DNA of 64,000 nt from Polyangiaceae bacterium. GTDB taxonomy: Bacteria; Myxococcota_A; Polyangia; Polyangiales; Polyangiaceae. The notes below the pieces were generated by a model, which had not been told where the DNA came from, did not search any database, and saw only the letters and a program-made list of their open reading frames with translations. This document shows, one piece after another, positions 19,372 through 29,950 of the stretch. The stretch is from contig JBILLK010000001.1 in NCBI GenBank assembly GCA_044376115.1, positions 192,001 through 256,000 on the forward strand. The letters run 5' to 3'. Positions within the stretch are counted from its first letter, which is position 1; every line of letters begins with the position of its first letter. The position numbers were made by a program, and so were the translations under genes.

Positions 19372-22300
19372 GCGCACTCGTGGTCGGGGCGGGGCAGCGA
19401 GTCGGGCGGTACTCCATCATCAAAGCCGTCGGGCGTGGCCCCAACTTCGAGACCTTTCAAGCGCGCGCGTTCGGTGTTGAAGGCTTCGAGCGCGACGTCG
19501 CGCTCAAGATCGCGCTCGACCCCGCGTTGGTTGAATCAGCGGAGTTCCGCGAGGCCCTAGCGCGCGCCCTGGAGCTTTCTCACGCCGGCGTACTTCAGCT
19601 CGTCGACAGTGACACCGAGAGTTTTGACGGAACCACGCGCCTCTATTTCGTGACGGAGCTCGCGCGCGGAGAGTCGTTGGCCCAGCGCCTGCCAGACTGG
19701 CGCGGTACCACGGAGGGGCGCAGCCGAATTCTGCGGGCAACGTCGGAAGTAGCACGAGTGCTCGACTACGCCCATCGACGACGCAAAGGGCCGGTTGCTC
19801 ATGGCCAACTCCACGCTGGGCAGATCTTCGTTGGTGCCCGAGGTGAAGTGAAGGTCGCCGACTTCGCTGTAGCTCGTGCGGTGCAGGCCCAAGGAGCAGC
19901 CGCTCCGGCTGACGACCTCGCGAGCCTTGCCGCGCTTCTCGAGACTGCATTTGAAGGCGCTTCGAGCCCGCCGCTGGAGCAGCTCATCGAAGCGATGCGT
20001 AGCGGCGCGATGACAGCCCAAGGGGTCTCAGAGACGCTGCTGGAGCTGGCCGTTCTGCACCCAGAGCCCGTCGCGCCCGTGACAGTTCCGATCGACTTGG
20101 CCCTGCTTTCACCCGCTCCACCGGACGCAAGTGAACTCGCGCAGGAGGCGTTGGGTGAGGCCGCCGCGGCTGCCGCTCCCTCCAACTCGGAAGTACGGCG
20201 GCGGGTGTCACCTGCGGGCCGCTTCGTAGGGCGTAGCGAAGAGCTAGCGGCGCTCGGTGCGTTCGTGGCGCAGGTGCATCACGCCGGAGCCCGCTGGTTG
20301 CGGCTCCGCGGGCCCGACGGGATCGGGAAGACGCGGTTGCTGCGGGAGCTCGCACGCCGCCTGCCGCAAGATAAGGTTGGGGTCGTTTTTCCGCCGCTCA
20401 CCGAAGAGCTCGGGCCGCCTTTGAGCCTGCAAGCCATCGATGCTTCATTGCGCTGCCTTCTCGATCTTCCGAAGGTTGGCAGCTTCGATGTAGATGGCCT
20501 GACGAGCTCGCTGCGGGCGATGGGACTTACCCTCGAGGAGATCGGCTGTCTCTGCGCTTTGATGGGCGCGTCGTTCAGCTGTGATGAGCCCGCCCCCAGT
20601 GGCGCAGAAGCGCTACTTTCGCTTGTAGCTGCCCTGCGTGGCGGGCGCCCCATCGTGATCGCCTTCGAGAATGGCGCTCGAATGGACCAAGCGAGTCGCA
20701 ATCTGCTGCTCGACGCACTCGCGTCGGAGCGGGCGCGCACAGTGCCCTTGGCGCTGTTTTCGATTGAACGAGGCGCTTTGGTCGGAGGCGACCATTGCGA
20801 GGACTTCCTGCTCGAGGAGCTATCGGATGATGATCTCGCACAGCTGATCAGCACGCGCTTGGGTGCTCGCGTAATCGAGCCCGAGCTGTTTGAGGCGGTC
20901 TCGGAAAGCGTTGGTGGGCACCCGCTCTACGCCGAGGAGTATCTGAGGTTTCTCTGCGAAGAGGCGTTGGTCGATGTGAAGGGAGGCGTCGCTTCGTTGG
21001 TGCAAGGCGCGCCGCCACCGACCCGAACGGTCGTTGACTTGGTGACCGCCGCCCACAACCAACTGCCGACGGAGCTTCGAGAAGTGGTCAAGATCCTCGA
21101 GGCGCGAGTGGGCATCGCGGACCCAGCGACGGTCGCCGCCGCGCTTTGCATCGAGGAGGCAGATGCGGAGTTGCGTCTGCGGGAACTGGGGCGAGGTGGC
21201 TTCCTTCGCTTTGACGTTGGGCAGCGAGCGCATTTGGCCTTGATCCATCGGGGTATTGGTGAGTCGGCACCATTGGAGATCCATGGTCGGCTTGCAGCTC
21301 ACTTTGCTCGGGTTGGCGCCTTTGCCGACGCAGCTCAGCATCACGCTGCATCGGGTGACCACGTCGCCGCCGCTGAGGCCTGGGACGCGGCTGCACAGGG
21401 CCTTTGGGCCCAAGGCTTGGTCGAGGCCGGAACCGATGCGCTGAGCCGGGCTCTGCTTCATCCGCGCACGGCAGAGCAAGCCGTTCGTCGTCTTACACAA
21501 CTTGTTGAGTGGCTACCTCGGGTGGCTGGACTCCCCGAGACCGCCGAGGAAGGCATCGCTTGCGCGCTAGCGATGATTGACGACCAAGACAGGGCGAGAG
21601 GCCTGCGACTCGCGTTAGTCGGGCCGCTCCTGGAGCTTGGCGCGTACGAAGCTGCGTTGGTGCTCAACGATCAGGCGGCTTCGGATTCAGCCGAGGGCAT
21701 CTCCACCGCGGTGGCGCGCAACCGTGTGGCGATCGCGGTGCTCGCAGGCAACCCCCGACTGGCCCCGGACGTGCCGGCGGAGTTCGAGCAGAACTCACCA
21801 AAGCATTCCCTCGATGTCGCCGAGTGGGCCTTGTTACGCGGCGAGCTTGCGCTGTGCGCCACGGCCCTCGAGCCCCTCGGAGCGTCTTTTGAACCCGCCG
21901 TCAGTGGAGCTTCGAGCGTGCTGCGGGCGCGCTATCTGCGCGTCTTGCTCAACCTCGCCTATTGCTCTGAGTCGCTTGCACCCAACGACCCGCGACTCGA
22001 CGAGTTGATGGCGGTTACTCAATCGATCCGGCCACATCGCGAGGCCGCGGAGAGCTTTCTGTTCGTGGGAAGAGTTCTCAAGAATGCCGCCGTAGTCGCC
22101 AAAGATCGCGCGCGCGCCAACTCAATCTTCAACCAGGCGAGCCGATTCGCCGACGAGGCCCACAACCATCGCTGTCGCGTCTTGGCCTTGGCTGAATCGG
22201 CGCTCTTGACCAAGCGGGAAGCTGCGGTCTCAGCCACCTTGACGCTCGCTAGCCAGCACCAAGCAGGCGGGGACGCGTTTCTCTCGTTGCGGCTCCGCCT

Positions 22301-22427
22301 TGCGGTGGTGGAGCTCACGGAAGAGCCGAGCGCCTTACGCAGATTCATCCTTGATGCACGAAGCAACGACCTAGCTGGACTTGCGACTCGGCTTGAGGCG
22401 CACGTTCATCCCAATCGCGGAGATTGA
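19368..22427 (+). CDS. Degenerate Ser/Thr kinase domain + AAA/STAND-type P-loop + helical (TPR-like) region
   Basis: [23 protein letters not shown] and VKVADFA; Walker [18 protein letters not shown] (GxP motif). Confidence 0.75.
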   Translation: MSALVVGAGQRVGRYSIIKAVGRGPNFETFQARAFGVEGFERDVALKIALDPALVESAEFREALARALELSHAGVLQLVDSDTESFDGTTRLYFVTELARGESLAQRLPDWRGTTEGRSRILRATSEVARVLDYAHRRRKGPVAHGQLHAGQIFVGARGEVKVADFAVARAVQAQGAAAPADDLASLAALLETAFEGASSPPLEQLIEAMRSGAMTAQGVSETLLELAVLHPEPVAPVTVPIDLALLSPAPPDASELAQEALGEAAAAAAPSNSEVRRRVSPAGRFVGRSEELAALGAFVAQVHHAGARWLRLRGPDGIGKTRLLRELARRLPQDKVGVVFPPLTEELGPPLSLQAIDASLRCLLDLPKVGSFDVDGLTSSLRAMGLTLEEIGCLCALMGASFSCDEPAPSGAEALLSLVAALRGGRPIVIAFENGARMDQASRNLLLDALASERARTVPLALFSIERGALVGGDHCEDFLLEELSDDDLAQLISTRLGARVIEPELFEAVSESVGGHPLYAEEYLRFLCEEALVDVKGGVASLVQGAPPPTRTVVDLVTAAHNQLPTELREVVKILEARVGIADPATVAAALCIEEADAELRLRELGRGGFLRFDVGQRAHLALIHRGIGESAPLEIHGRLAAHFARVGAFADAAQHHAASGDHVAAAEAWDAAAQGLWAQGLVEAGTDALSRALLHPRTAEQAVRRLTQLVEWLPRVAGLPETAEEGIACALAMIDDQDRARGLRLALVGPLLELGAYEAALVLNDQAASDSAEGISTAVARNRVAIAVLAGNPRLAPDVPAEFEQNSPKHSLDVAEWALLRGELALCATALEPLGASFEPAVSGASSVLRARYLRVLLNLAYCSESLAPNDPRLDELMAVTQSIRPHREAAESFLFVGRVLKNAAVVAKDRARANSIFNQASRFADEAHNHRCRVLALAESALLTKREAAVSATLTLASQHQAGGDAFLSLRLRLAVVELTEEPSALRRFILDARSNDLAGLATRLEAHVHPNRGD

Positions 22428-22428
22428 A

Positions 22429-22764
22429 GTGGACGCTGAGGAGGCTCTTTGGCAGCGCGTTCAGGAGCAGTGGGACGATGAGAAGCGGCATCAGGCTTTT
22501 CTCGCGTTCTGTCAGAACGCGCAGACGCTTGGGCTCGCCGCCAAACGCTATCGGGAGGTGACGAAGGACGAGGAGCAACCCGAAGGCAAGCGGGAGCTCG
22601 CCGAGAAGAAGCTGCAGGCGATCACCGCTCTTGCCCTCGCGCAAATAGCCGCTGCAGAGCGAACCAACGACAACAGCGCCGACGTCAAGCGGGGTATCCG
22701 TCTTGTCGCGGCGCTGTTGCTCGGAGCTGCGCTCCTGGCGATGGGATGGGCATTCACTCGCTGA
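22429..22764 (+). CDS. Small hypothetical protein with C-terminal TM helix
   Basis: GTG at 22429 after GGAG; charged helical body and hydrophobic tail. Confidence 0.65.
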   Translation: MDAEEALWQRVQEQWDDEKRHQAFLAFCQNAQTLGLAAKRYREVTKDEEQPEGKRELAEKKLQAITALALAQIAAAERTNDNSADVKRGIRLVAALLLGAALLAMGWAFTR

Positions 22765-22786
22765 GAGCGGGCGCCCAACCGACTCT

Positions 22787-23176
22787 TTAACGCTTGGAGT
22801 ACTGGAAGCGCTTGCGGGCGCCAGGTTGACCGTACTTCTTGCGCTCCTTCTTGCGAGCGTCGCGGGTCAGGAACCCTGCGCGCTTCAAAGAAGGACGACG
22901 CTCGGGATCCGCAGCGATGAGCGCCCGCGAAATACCGTGTCGCATGGCCTCAGCCTGGGCTGAGTGACCGCCACCGGCGACCGTCGCTACCACGTCGTAC
23001 TGATCGAGTACTTCGATCAGCTCGAGCGGCTGGCGCATGATCATGCGGGAGGTCTCTCGCTCGAAGTACTCATCGGCGGGGCGATGGTTGACCTGAATGT
23101 TGCCGCTGCCTGGCTTCAGCCAAACGCGTGCTACTGCCGTCTTGCGCTTGCCCGTCGAGTAAATGGTTTCGCTCAT
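22787..23176 (-). CDS. rpsI: 30S ribosomal protein S9
   Basis: [11 protein letters not shown] ... [18 protein letters not shown]. Confidence 0.99.
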   Translation of the reverse strand: MSETIYSTGKRKTAVARVWLKPGSGNIQVNHRPADEYFERETSRMIMRQPLELIEVLDQYDVVATVAGGGHSAQAEAMRHGISRALIAADPERRPSLKRAGFLTRDARKKERKKYGQPGARKRFQYSKR

Positions 23177-23194
23177 GATCGTCTGGCCCTTGGA

Positions 23195-23650
23195 CTACTT
23201 GAGAACTTCCGGTTTCTGTGCGGCGTGCGGGTGATCAGGGCCCGGGTAGACCTTGAGCTTCGTCAACAACTGACGACCCAGAACGTTCTTCGGCAACATG
23301 CCCTTGACTGCCTTGGTGATCGGCAGCTCGGGCATCCTGACGAGGAGCTTCTCGTACACCTCTTCGCGGAAGCCACCGGGCTCACCGCTGTGTCGCACGT
23401 ACTTCTTTTGTTGAAGCTTGCGCCCAGTGAGCTTCACGCTCTGAGCGTTGACCACCACCACGAAATCTCCCGTATCAACGTGAGGCGTGAAGGTGGGCTT
23501 GTTCTTTCCTCGCAGCACCATGGCGATCTGACTGGCGAGCCGACCGAGGGGTTGGTCTTTTGCGTCGACCACCCACCACTTGCGCTCAGCCTGAGCTTCT
23601 GCGGGTTTTGCGGAGAACGTCTTGGATTGCAGCGTTTGGGTGGCGTTCAT
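23195..23650 (-). CDS. rplM: 50S ribosomal protein L13
   Basis: WWVVDA...LGRLAS...[40 protein letters not shown]. Confidence 0.99.
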   Translation of the reverse strand: MNATQTLQSKTFSAKPAEAQAERKWWVVDAKDQPLGRLASQIAMVLRGKNKPTFTPHVDTGDFVVVVNAQSVKLTGRKLQQKKYVRHSGEPGGFREEVYEKLLVRMPELPITKAVKGMLPKNVLGRQLLTKLKVYPGPDHPHAAQKPEVLK

Positions 23651-23784
23651 GGTCGACTCAAAGGTTCGCGAGGCTAAAACTGAAGGTCCCGTTCACGCGC
23701 GGCCCGCGGGACCACGCAATGAGTGTTCAGGTGCGCTGGTTCGTCCCGGTTTGGGAACAATACCCGTCGCACAAAGGGGACGGA

Positions 23785-23813
23785 CGTTTACGACCATGCC
23801 CCGAGCGTGTCAA
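23785..23813 (-). promoter_or_regulatory. sigma70-type promoter of rplM-rpsI
   Basis: Minus strand reads TTGACA-N17-TAAACG. Confidence 0.7.
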
Positions 23814-23835
23814 GAAGAAGTATCAAATGATCGAA

Positions 23836-25281
23836 TCAGCGCTCCCCGGAGGCTTTGGCGGACGGCGCTGAAGAAGCTGAAGGCGCTGGGGAAACCACGC
23901 CGCTGGGCGCTGGACTCGGCTCTTCTGGCATTGTTTGGCTCGGGGTGGGCTCAGCCACGGCCTGATCACCCTTGGTCTCCGCGAGCACGTAGGCGGCCTG
24001 ATCGCGACAAGTGCCCTTGGGATACGTGTGCTGATACTCGGCTGCGCGCGTAGCGAGATGGCGGCGCTCCACCGGGTTTGCGTCGACCGTGAAACTGCGA
24101 AGCTCCTGACAGTGCATCGTCTCTGCCAAGGCCGGCGCTTGACTACCGATCTGACGGTACTTGGTCGCAAGCTCTCGGTTTGTCGCCTGGTAGTTGTCTG
24201 CGAGCAGCGCGGCTGCTGCGCTTCCAAGAGGCTCTGTCGCGAACTCGTCGGCGGCACGATGAAGAGCACGCAGCCGAAGCTCGGGATTGCGCATCGCCAG
24301 ACCTGCAATCTCGGAGAGCGACATCAACTCGCTTGCGCTCTGCGCTGTGGCGATGGCCGTCTGCAGCCCCACGCCCGCCTCGAGAGCCTTGGCGGCCTCG
24401 TCGTAGCGCCCGTCGTTGGCGAGCGAGCGCCAATTGGGCAGGGGGGCAGCAGGCGCCTGAGGGACCTGCACTGCGACCTCGGGCTCACGCTCCTGGGCGG
24501 GCTCCTTAGGTGACCGCGCGGTTATCGGAGACGGCGTGACTGGCGGCGACTGAGGTTCACGCGTCGGTGAATGATCATTCGAGAAGACCCAAGCGTAGGT
24601 GGGCACGCTCGCCATCGACTGACCCTCGAGAATACGATGCCTCCCGGCAGGAGAACTCACCTCAACGGCTCCGGCTTGCACCGAAACGTCCACGTCCTCA
24701 GCGCGCCTGGTGAGCGAAACTCGTGAACCAGCCGCAGCGGTAACGCGGGCCTCACCAGCGAGCACGGCGAACGCCTGATTCGACGCGCCATCCACCGAGA
24801 CGCTGCCCCGAAGCAGACTCAACGTTACCGAGTCAGCGGAAGTCCGAACCACCTCAACCAGCGAATCCGGCTTGAGCGAAAGAGATGAGCCGCTCGGAAG
24901 GACGAAACTTCGTTCCGTTGTGCCAGTGGCGAAGACAGTTGCTGTCGAGTTGTCCTCGGGCGTGCTTACGGTGGCAAGCCGCGGCGAAAGCGAATCTCGT
25001 CCGACGAACACTCCAGCAGCGAACGCGGCGGCAGAAAGACAGGCCGCCAAAAGCCAAACGCGGCTTGGCTGTGCGTTGCGTGTACGAACGGCGACTCGGG
25101 CATCAGGAAGCTCCTGAGCAACCCGCGCCCAAATTCGCTCGACCCGTTCACCGTTAGCGGGATCCCGTAAATCCGCCTGCGAGAAGACCGGCACCTGACC
25201 TGGCGGCGAGGCGACGCGATTGCGCTGAACCTCCATCTTGAGGTTTGCGCCAATTTCGTCGGGTTCAATCGGGCGTGTCAT
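23836..25281 (-). CDS. FecR-domain transmembrane anti-sigma factor
   Basis: Single TM helix, then FecR-like beta domain (LPSGSSLSLKPDS, LSLLRGSV, VSVQAGAVEV), Pro-rich linker and helical C-terminus. Overlaps the ECF sigma stop. Confidence 0.8.
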   Translation of the reverse strand: MTRPIEPDEIGANLKMEVQRNRVASPPGQVPVFSQADLRDPANGERVERIWARVAQELPDARVAVRTRNAQPSRVWLLAACLSAAAFAAGVFVGRDSLSPRLATVSTPEDNSTATVFATGTTERSFVLPSGSSLSLKPDSLVEVVRTSADSVTLSLLRGSVSVDGASNQAFAVLAGEARVTAAAGSRVSLTRRAEDVDVSVQAGAVEVSSPAGRHRILEGQSMASVPTYAWVFSNDHSPTREPQSPPVTPSPITARSPKEPAQEREPEVAVQVPQAPAAPLPNWRSLANDGRYDEAAKALEAGVGLQTAIATAQSASELMSLSEIAGLAMRNPELRLRALHRAADEFATEPLGSAAAALLADNYQATNRELATKYRQIGSQAPALAETMHCQELRSFTVDANPVERRHLATRAAEYQHTYPKGTCRDQAAYVLAETKGDQAVAEPTPSQTMPEEPSPAPSGVVSPAPSASSAPSAKASGER

Positions 25282-26132
25282 TTCAACCTTACTCCGGCCT
25301 TGCCGCGCGGCGGCGAAGTCCGTTCGGGGAGCGCTGGTGCTCCTTCGACCTCAACGGATCCGTCGGCAGCTCCAACGGACAATTCATCCAATCCCTGGCG
25401 CGAATGAGCATCCACGAAGTGCTGCTCAAGGAACTTCTGCACGCGAGAGACGCGACGTTTCACCGTCGCCAAGGAGCAGGACGTCAACTTAGCGACCAGC
25501 TCGAGTTCATTGCCGTCCACACAGCGCAACGTCCACGCAATGCGGTCATCCGTGGGCAACGTGCCAAGCAGCGCGTAAATCTGTGCGAGTTGCGCACGCA
25601 CGTGCGGGGACGCATCGGGACTCGTGAGCTGATCGAGGTCAACGGGCTCACTGGTTCGGCCGAGCCCTAGAACATTCATCAGCCGAGCGCGCCGCATGCG
25701 GGAACGAACCGCAAACACGACGATCGACCCCAGCCAGGAGCGAAAAGCCGCTGGGTCGCTCAAGTCTGAAAGGCGGGTAAGCACCTTGATGAACGCGTCA
25801 TGGACGATGTCTTCGACATCACGATTGGAGCCCTCGATGCGAGTGGCCAGACGCAGCGCAAAGCTGACGTGCTTCCGGTACAGAGCCTCTCGCGCCAACG
25901 CGTCACCGGCCAACGCCAGGGCAACCAAGTTGCGGTCCGGCATTTCAACCAGGGCGGCGACACCAACTCGGGCGGGCGGCCCAGCAGGTGTACCAAGTGT
26001 ATCGCCGTTGGCCCAGTTGGGCTCAACCGCTGCGGTAGGCAGCGCAGCGCTCTCGTCTGCCACGCCATCTGGTTGGCTGGCGAAGCCTGATCGTTCGACC
26101 AGCCTCAAACGGGAACGTGCCGGGGTGTTCAT
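25278..26132 (-). CDS. ECF-type RNA polymerase sigma factor
   Basis: Region 2 DVEDIVHDAF...FRSWL; region 4 LPTDDRIAWTLR...SLATVKRRV. Confidence 0.9.
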   Translation of the reverse strand: MNTPARSRLRLVERSGFASQPDGVADESAALPTAAVEPNWANGDTLGTPAGPPARVGVAALVEMPDRNLVALALAGDALAREALYRKHVSFALRLATRIEGSNRDVEDIVHDAFIKVLTRLSDLSDPAAFRSWLGSIVVFAVRSRMRRARLMNVLGLGRTSEPVDLDQLTSPDASPHVRAQLAQIYALLGTLPTDDRIAWTLRCVDGNELELVAKLTSCSLATVKRRVSRVQKFLEQHFVDAHSRQGLDELSVGAADGSVEVEGAPALPERTSPPRGKAGVRLK

Positions 26133-26165
26133 TTTTTCGCGGGGACTGGAAGCTGAGACGCACGA

Positions 26166-26191
26166 GACGTCGGCGAAAGCTCAGTGTTCAC
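26166..26191 (-). promoter_or_regulatory. Putative ECF-type (autoregulatory) promoter of the sigma/anti-sigma operon
   Basis: Minus strand reads GTGAAC-N16-CGTC, about 33 nt upstream of the sigma ATG. Confidence 0.5.
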
Positions 26192-26401
26192 AAAATGACA
26201 AGCGCAGCTCGCTCGAGCGCGGATCGCTCGCATGAGACGGGCGGCGCGGGATAGGCACAGAGTTTGTTAATGCGACCAAGGTGCGTCAATATTGTGTCGG
26301 CGATGCAGGAAATTCGCACACTAGGCGACACCTCGAGGTGCTATTTCTTGAGGTTCCGTTGAACGTAGAGCGACGGGCGGCAACTTGCTTAGAGGATTCC
26401 C

Positions 26402-27856
26402 ATGAGCGAAGACGATGATGAATCCGCGCCTTCCGTAGCGAGCGGCGTCATAGTCGCCGGCCGTTATCGGGTCGAGCGGCGCGTCGGAGCTGGCGGCATG
26501 GGTGAGGTCTACCTCGTTCAGCACGTTCACACCGACGAGCGCTTCGCCATGAAGGTGCTGCTCTCGACCGTCATCTCAGACTCGTCGGCGCTCGAGCGAT
26601 TTCGGCGTGAAGCCCGCACCCCCGCACGCATCGACAGCGACCACGTCGTGCGCGTGACCGACGCCGATGTCGCGCCCGAACTGAAGGGCGCTCCGTTCCT
26701 GGTGATGGAGTATCTGCGCGGGGAGGACCTCGATAAGTTCGTTGAGCTCAATGGGCCGATGAACCCCCAGGACGTGGTCACGTTCCTGCAGCAGATCTCC
26801 CGCGCGCTCGACAAAGCGCACGCGCTCGGGATCGTCCACCGCGACCTCAAGCCGGAGAACATCTTCATTACCCGCCGCGAAGATGGCAGCCCCTTGCTCA
26901 AGGTGCTCGACTTCGGCATCGCGAAGTTCACCTCAGGCGCCCTCGGTGATCTCGCCAACAAGACGGCAACGTCTCCCGGCCAGATTTACGGCACGCCGCT
27001 CTACATGTCGCCGGAGCAGGCCAAGGGGGACTCCAAGGGCATCGCCGCGCAGACAGATATTTGGGCGCTTGGCCTGATCGCCAGCCGAATGCTGAGCGGC
27101 CGCGACTATTGGGATGCGGAGACGCTCACGGCCTTGATTGCGCAGGTGGTTTACGAGCCGATGCGAAAGCCGTCGGAGAAGGGCATCAACTTTGGTGATG
27201 CGTACGACGCCTGGTTCCTCAAATGCTGTGACCGCGATCAATCTGCCCGCTTCGGGACGGCGGGCGAGGCCATTTTCCGGCTCGGTCAGGCGCTCGGCGT
27301 AATCGATCCGAACGCGATTTTTACTGGTGGGCCAGTCGCAATTGCGCCTCCGTCACCCTCGATGCGCTCGATTGCCCCCATCGCGGACAAGGGGCTTTCG
27401 AGGACCGAAATCCAGCTGGCCCAAACCTCCGGCACCATTCCGAATACTGGGCATCCACCGGCGCGGGCCTCACTCCTCAAGGTAGCTGTCGGGGCCACAG
27501 CGGTGGGTGCTGTGCTGGCCATCATCGTGTTCGGATTCTTGCGGCAACAAGGCAAGACTTCACACACGCCAGCCCAGCCGGAAATTGAACCGCCGACAGC
27601 AGCGGCGACAAGCCAAACGTCGGTGGCACCTGCCCCCGTTCCCACGGTAGCGCCCGTAGCCTCAACGAGCGCCCAGCCGTCAGCCGCGCCGTCGGCAGTG
27701 GTTTCAGTCAGCGCCAGCGCCGTCGCTGTAGCTCCGCCGAGTTCAACGGCGGTGCGGCCGAAAACTAGGCCCACGACTACCACGACCGTGACTCCGCCCG
27801 TTCCAGTCACCGCCGACCCCAAACCGAAGAAGAACCCGCTCGACGGTAGGCTTTAG
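26402..27856 (+). CDS. Membrane-anchored Ser/Thr protein kinase
   Basis: GAGGMG, AMK, HRDLKPEN, DFG, GTPLYMSPE; TM helix and Pro/Thr-rich tail. Confidence 0.96.
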   Translation: MSEDDDESAPSVASGVIVAGRYRVERRVGAGGMGEVYLVQHVHTDERFAMKVLLSTVISDSSALERFRREARTPARIDSDHVVRVTDADVAPELKGAPFLVMEYLRGEDLDKFVELNGPMNPQDVVTFLQQISRALDKAHALGIVHRDLKPENIFITRREDGSPLLKVLDFGIAKFTSGALGDLANKTATSPGQIYGTPLYMSPEQAKGDSKGIAAQTDIWALGLIASRMLSGRDYWDAETLTALIAQVVYEPMRKPSEKGINFGDAYDAWFLKCCDRDQSARFGTAGEAIFRLGQALGVIDPNAIFTGGPVAIAPPSPSMRSIAPIADKGLSRTEIQLAQTSGTIPNTGHPPARASLLKVAVGATAVGAVLAIIVFGFLRQQGKTSHTPAQPEIEPPTAAATSQTSVAPAPVPTVAPVASTSAQPSAAPSAVVSVSASAVAVAPPSSTAVRPKTRPTTTTTVTPPVPVTADPKPKKNPLDGRL

Positions 27857-27903
27857 CCCACTCTCGTGACCTCGGACGGTGGGCTGAGTATGCTCGCCAA
27901 CCC

Positions 27904-28947
27904 ATGATTGACTCGAAGCGTGCGACCTTCACTCGTCAAGCTTTGGCGAGCTGGCGACTGCCCGTTGCCCTCATTGCGCTGACGGGTGCTGTTGGTTCGA
28001 GCTCGCAGGCCCTGGCGGGCGACGTTGCTGCGGCAAGCCAGCTCTTCGATGAGGCTAAGGTGCTGCTGGAGGCTGGTCAGCTGGAAGCGGCCTGCAGCAA
28101 GTTCGAGGCAAGCTACGACTCCGACCCGCAGCTCGGCGCGCTGATGAACCTTGCGGATTGCCTGGAGCGTGACGGGCGGCTTGCTTCGTCGTTCGGGCGC
28201 TGGGGAGACGCGATCGATCTTGCGTCGCGCAAGGGCGATGACCGGGTTGACTACGCACGCAGCCGCCGCGAGGCGATCGCCCCGCTTTTGTCGTTCATCA
28301 CGCTCAATGTGATCGGCGAAGGAGCGGATCTGGTGGTCTACAAGGGGAACGCACGCCTATCTGCGGGAGCTTACGGCTCGGCTCTGCCGAGCAACCCTGG
28401 AGAGACGGTGATTCAGGTCGTACGCGGCGAGGATCTGCTGTGGGAAACCAAGGTCGTGCTGGATCGGGCGCAGATGCGCACCGTTGACGTACCTCTCGGA
28501 GAGATCGCCGCGAAGAATCCGACGACGGGAAAGAAGCGGCAGACCTTTGGTGAAACGCGAACAGACGCCGGCACCGAGGTCGAAGGGTTCTGGAGCAAGC
28601 TGCGCGTTGCTGGCGTCGTCGTCGGCGGCGTCGGCGTCCTCGGAGTTGGCGCTGGCTTCGCGTTTGGTGGCTTGGCCCTGAGCGAAAAATCCACCGTGGA
28701 CGAGGAGTGCACACTGCTCGGAAAAGACCGGTTCTGCACGGCCACCGGGGACGAGGCAGCCAATCGCGCGAAGGACCTAGCCACCGCGAGCACGTGGACC
28801 TTGGTCGCGTCGGGCGTGGTGGCCACCGTTGGAATCACGCTGATCATCGCAGCACCGAACGACTACGCAAAGCTCGAGGACCGCGCGTACATCGTGCCGT
28901 GGTTCGGCCCCGACGGTGGCGGCGCGAGCTTACACGGCACGTTCTAA
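27904..28947 (+). CDS. Exported TPR-like protein with C-terminal hydrophobic segments (kinase-adjacent type)
   Basis: Signal peptide; LFDEAK...AACSKFEASY...LMNLADCLE TPR-like unit; hydrophobic C-terminal region. Confidence 0.75.
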   Translation: MIDSKRATFTRQALASWRLPVALIALTGAVGSSSQALAGDVAAASQLFDEAKVLLEAGQLEAACSKFEASYDSDPQLGALMNLADCLERDGRLASSFGRWGDAIDLASRKGDDRVDYARSRREAIAPLLSFITLNVIGEGADLVVYKGNARLSAGAYGSALPSNPGETVIQVVRGEDLLWETKVVLDRAQMRTVDVPLGEIAAKNPTTGKKRQTFGETRTDAGTEVEGFWSKLRVAGVVVGGVGVLGVGAGFAFGGLALSEKSTVDEECTLLGKDRFCTATGDEAANRAKDLATASTWTLVASGVVATVGITLIIAAPNDYAKLEDRAYIVPWFGPDGGGASLHGTF

Positions 28948-29008
28948 CTCGACGTTCAGCGGCCGATCCGAGGCACTCGCCAAGCGAACGTTGGCCCCCC
29001 GACGTTGG

Positions 29009-29950
29009 TTAGCCTTGGAAGAAATTGCCGAGGATCTCCTCGCCGCGCCTTCCCTCGAGCATGCGCGCTAAGCCCTCGAACGCTGGTGCCTGCACGCCTC
29101 TCGCCTTCGCGAAGGCGCAAAGACGTGGGATGAGCTCGAGCGCCTCGACGCGCAAGAAGGCCTCCTTGGTCGCGGCCTCGAGCGTTGCCCCGGTTGCCAA
29201 CGCCCGACCCAACACGACCTCTGGACGTCGGTCGAGCGCGATGGAGGCGAGCAAGTCCCCGTAGCCACCCAGCCCGTAGATCGTCGTCTCTTCCGCGCCC
29301 GCCAGAGCAGCCAGCCGACCTGCGTCGTGGACCGCCCGAGAGATGAGCGCCGCAAGTAGGCCTGGCCCAGCACCGCCAGCCTTCGCGAAGCCGACGCCCA
29401 CCGATACGCAACCCACCATCGCCGAGGCCAACTCGAGCCCGCGCATGTCGGGCGTCGAGTAGACGCGCAACCACGGCCCGCTGAAGGCCTTCGTCACGGC
29501 GGCGACCACCTCTTGATAGGCCGACCCAACCACGATCGCCGAGGCTGTTCCGTGGTGCAGCTCATCGACCTGCACCGGGCCGCCGAGCGCGCCCATGCGA
29601 CGAATCGGCGTTTCCTCCCGCAGGATGTCTCCCACGGTGTGCAGCGTACCGGCCGAGCCCTCCTCGGTCCCTTCGGGTGCGAGACCACGAATGCCGTGAA
29701 CCACCAAATGCCCGCCGTCGACGTGGTCCCCCAAACTGCGCGCGACCTCGCGAATGACGTTCGAAGGAACGGCCAGGACGATCAACTTTGCCTTGGCCAC
29801 CTCGGCGTACTGATCGGTCACGCGGATCAGCCGGCTGTCCTTCGCCTCGCGACGCGTGAGCAAGGTGACGTCATTACCGGCCCGCGCAACCGCGCGCGCC
29901 AACGCCAGACCCCAAGGCCCACCACCAACGATGCCAACCGCAAGCGTCAT
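29009..29950 (-). CDS. gpsA: NAD(P)H-dependent glycerol-3-phosphate dehydrogenase-like protein (catalytic residues divergent)
   Basis: GGGPWG, LAVPS, LRVYSTPDMRGLEL and GLGGYGDL are present; the KN and SRN motifs are missing. Confidence 0.7.
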   Translation of the reverse strand: MTLAVGIVGGGPWGLALARAVARAGNDVTLLTRREAKDSRLIRVTDQYAEVAKAKLIVLAVPSNVIREVARSLGDHVDGGHLVVHGIRGLAPEGTEEGSAGTLHTVGDILREETPIRRMGALGGPVQVDELHHGTASAIVVGSAYQEVVAAVTKAFSGPWLRVYSTPDMRGLELASAMVGCVSVGVGFAKAGGAGPGLLAALISRAVHDAGRLAALAGAEETTIYGLGGYGDLLASIALDRRPEVVLGRALATGATLEAATKEAFLRVEALELIPRLCAFAKARGVQAPAFEGLARMLEGRRGEEILGNFFQG

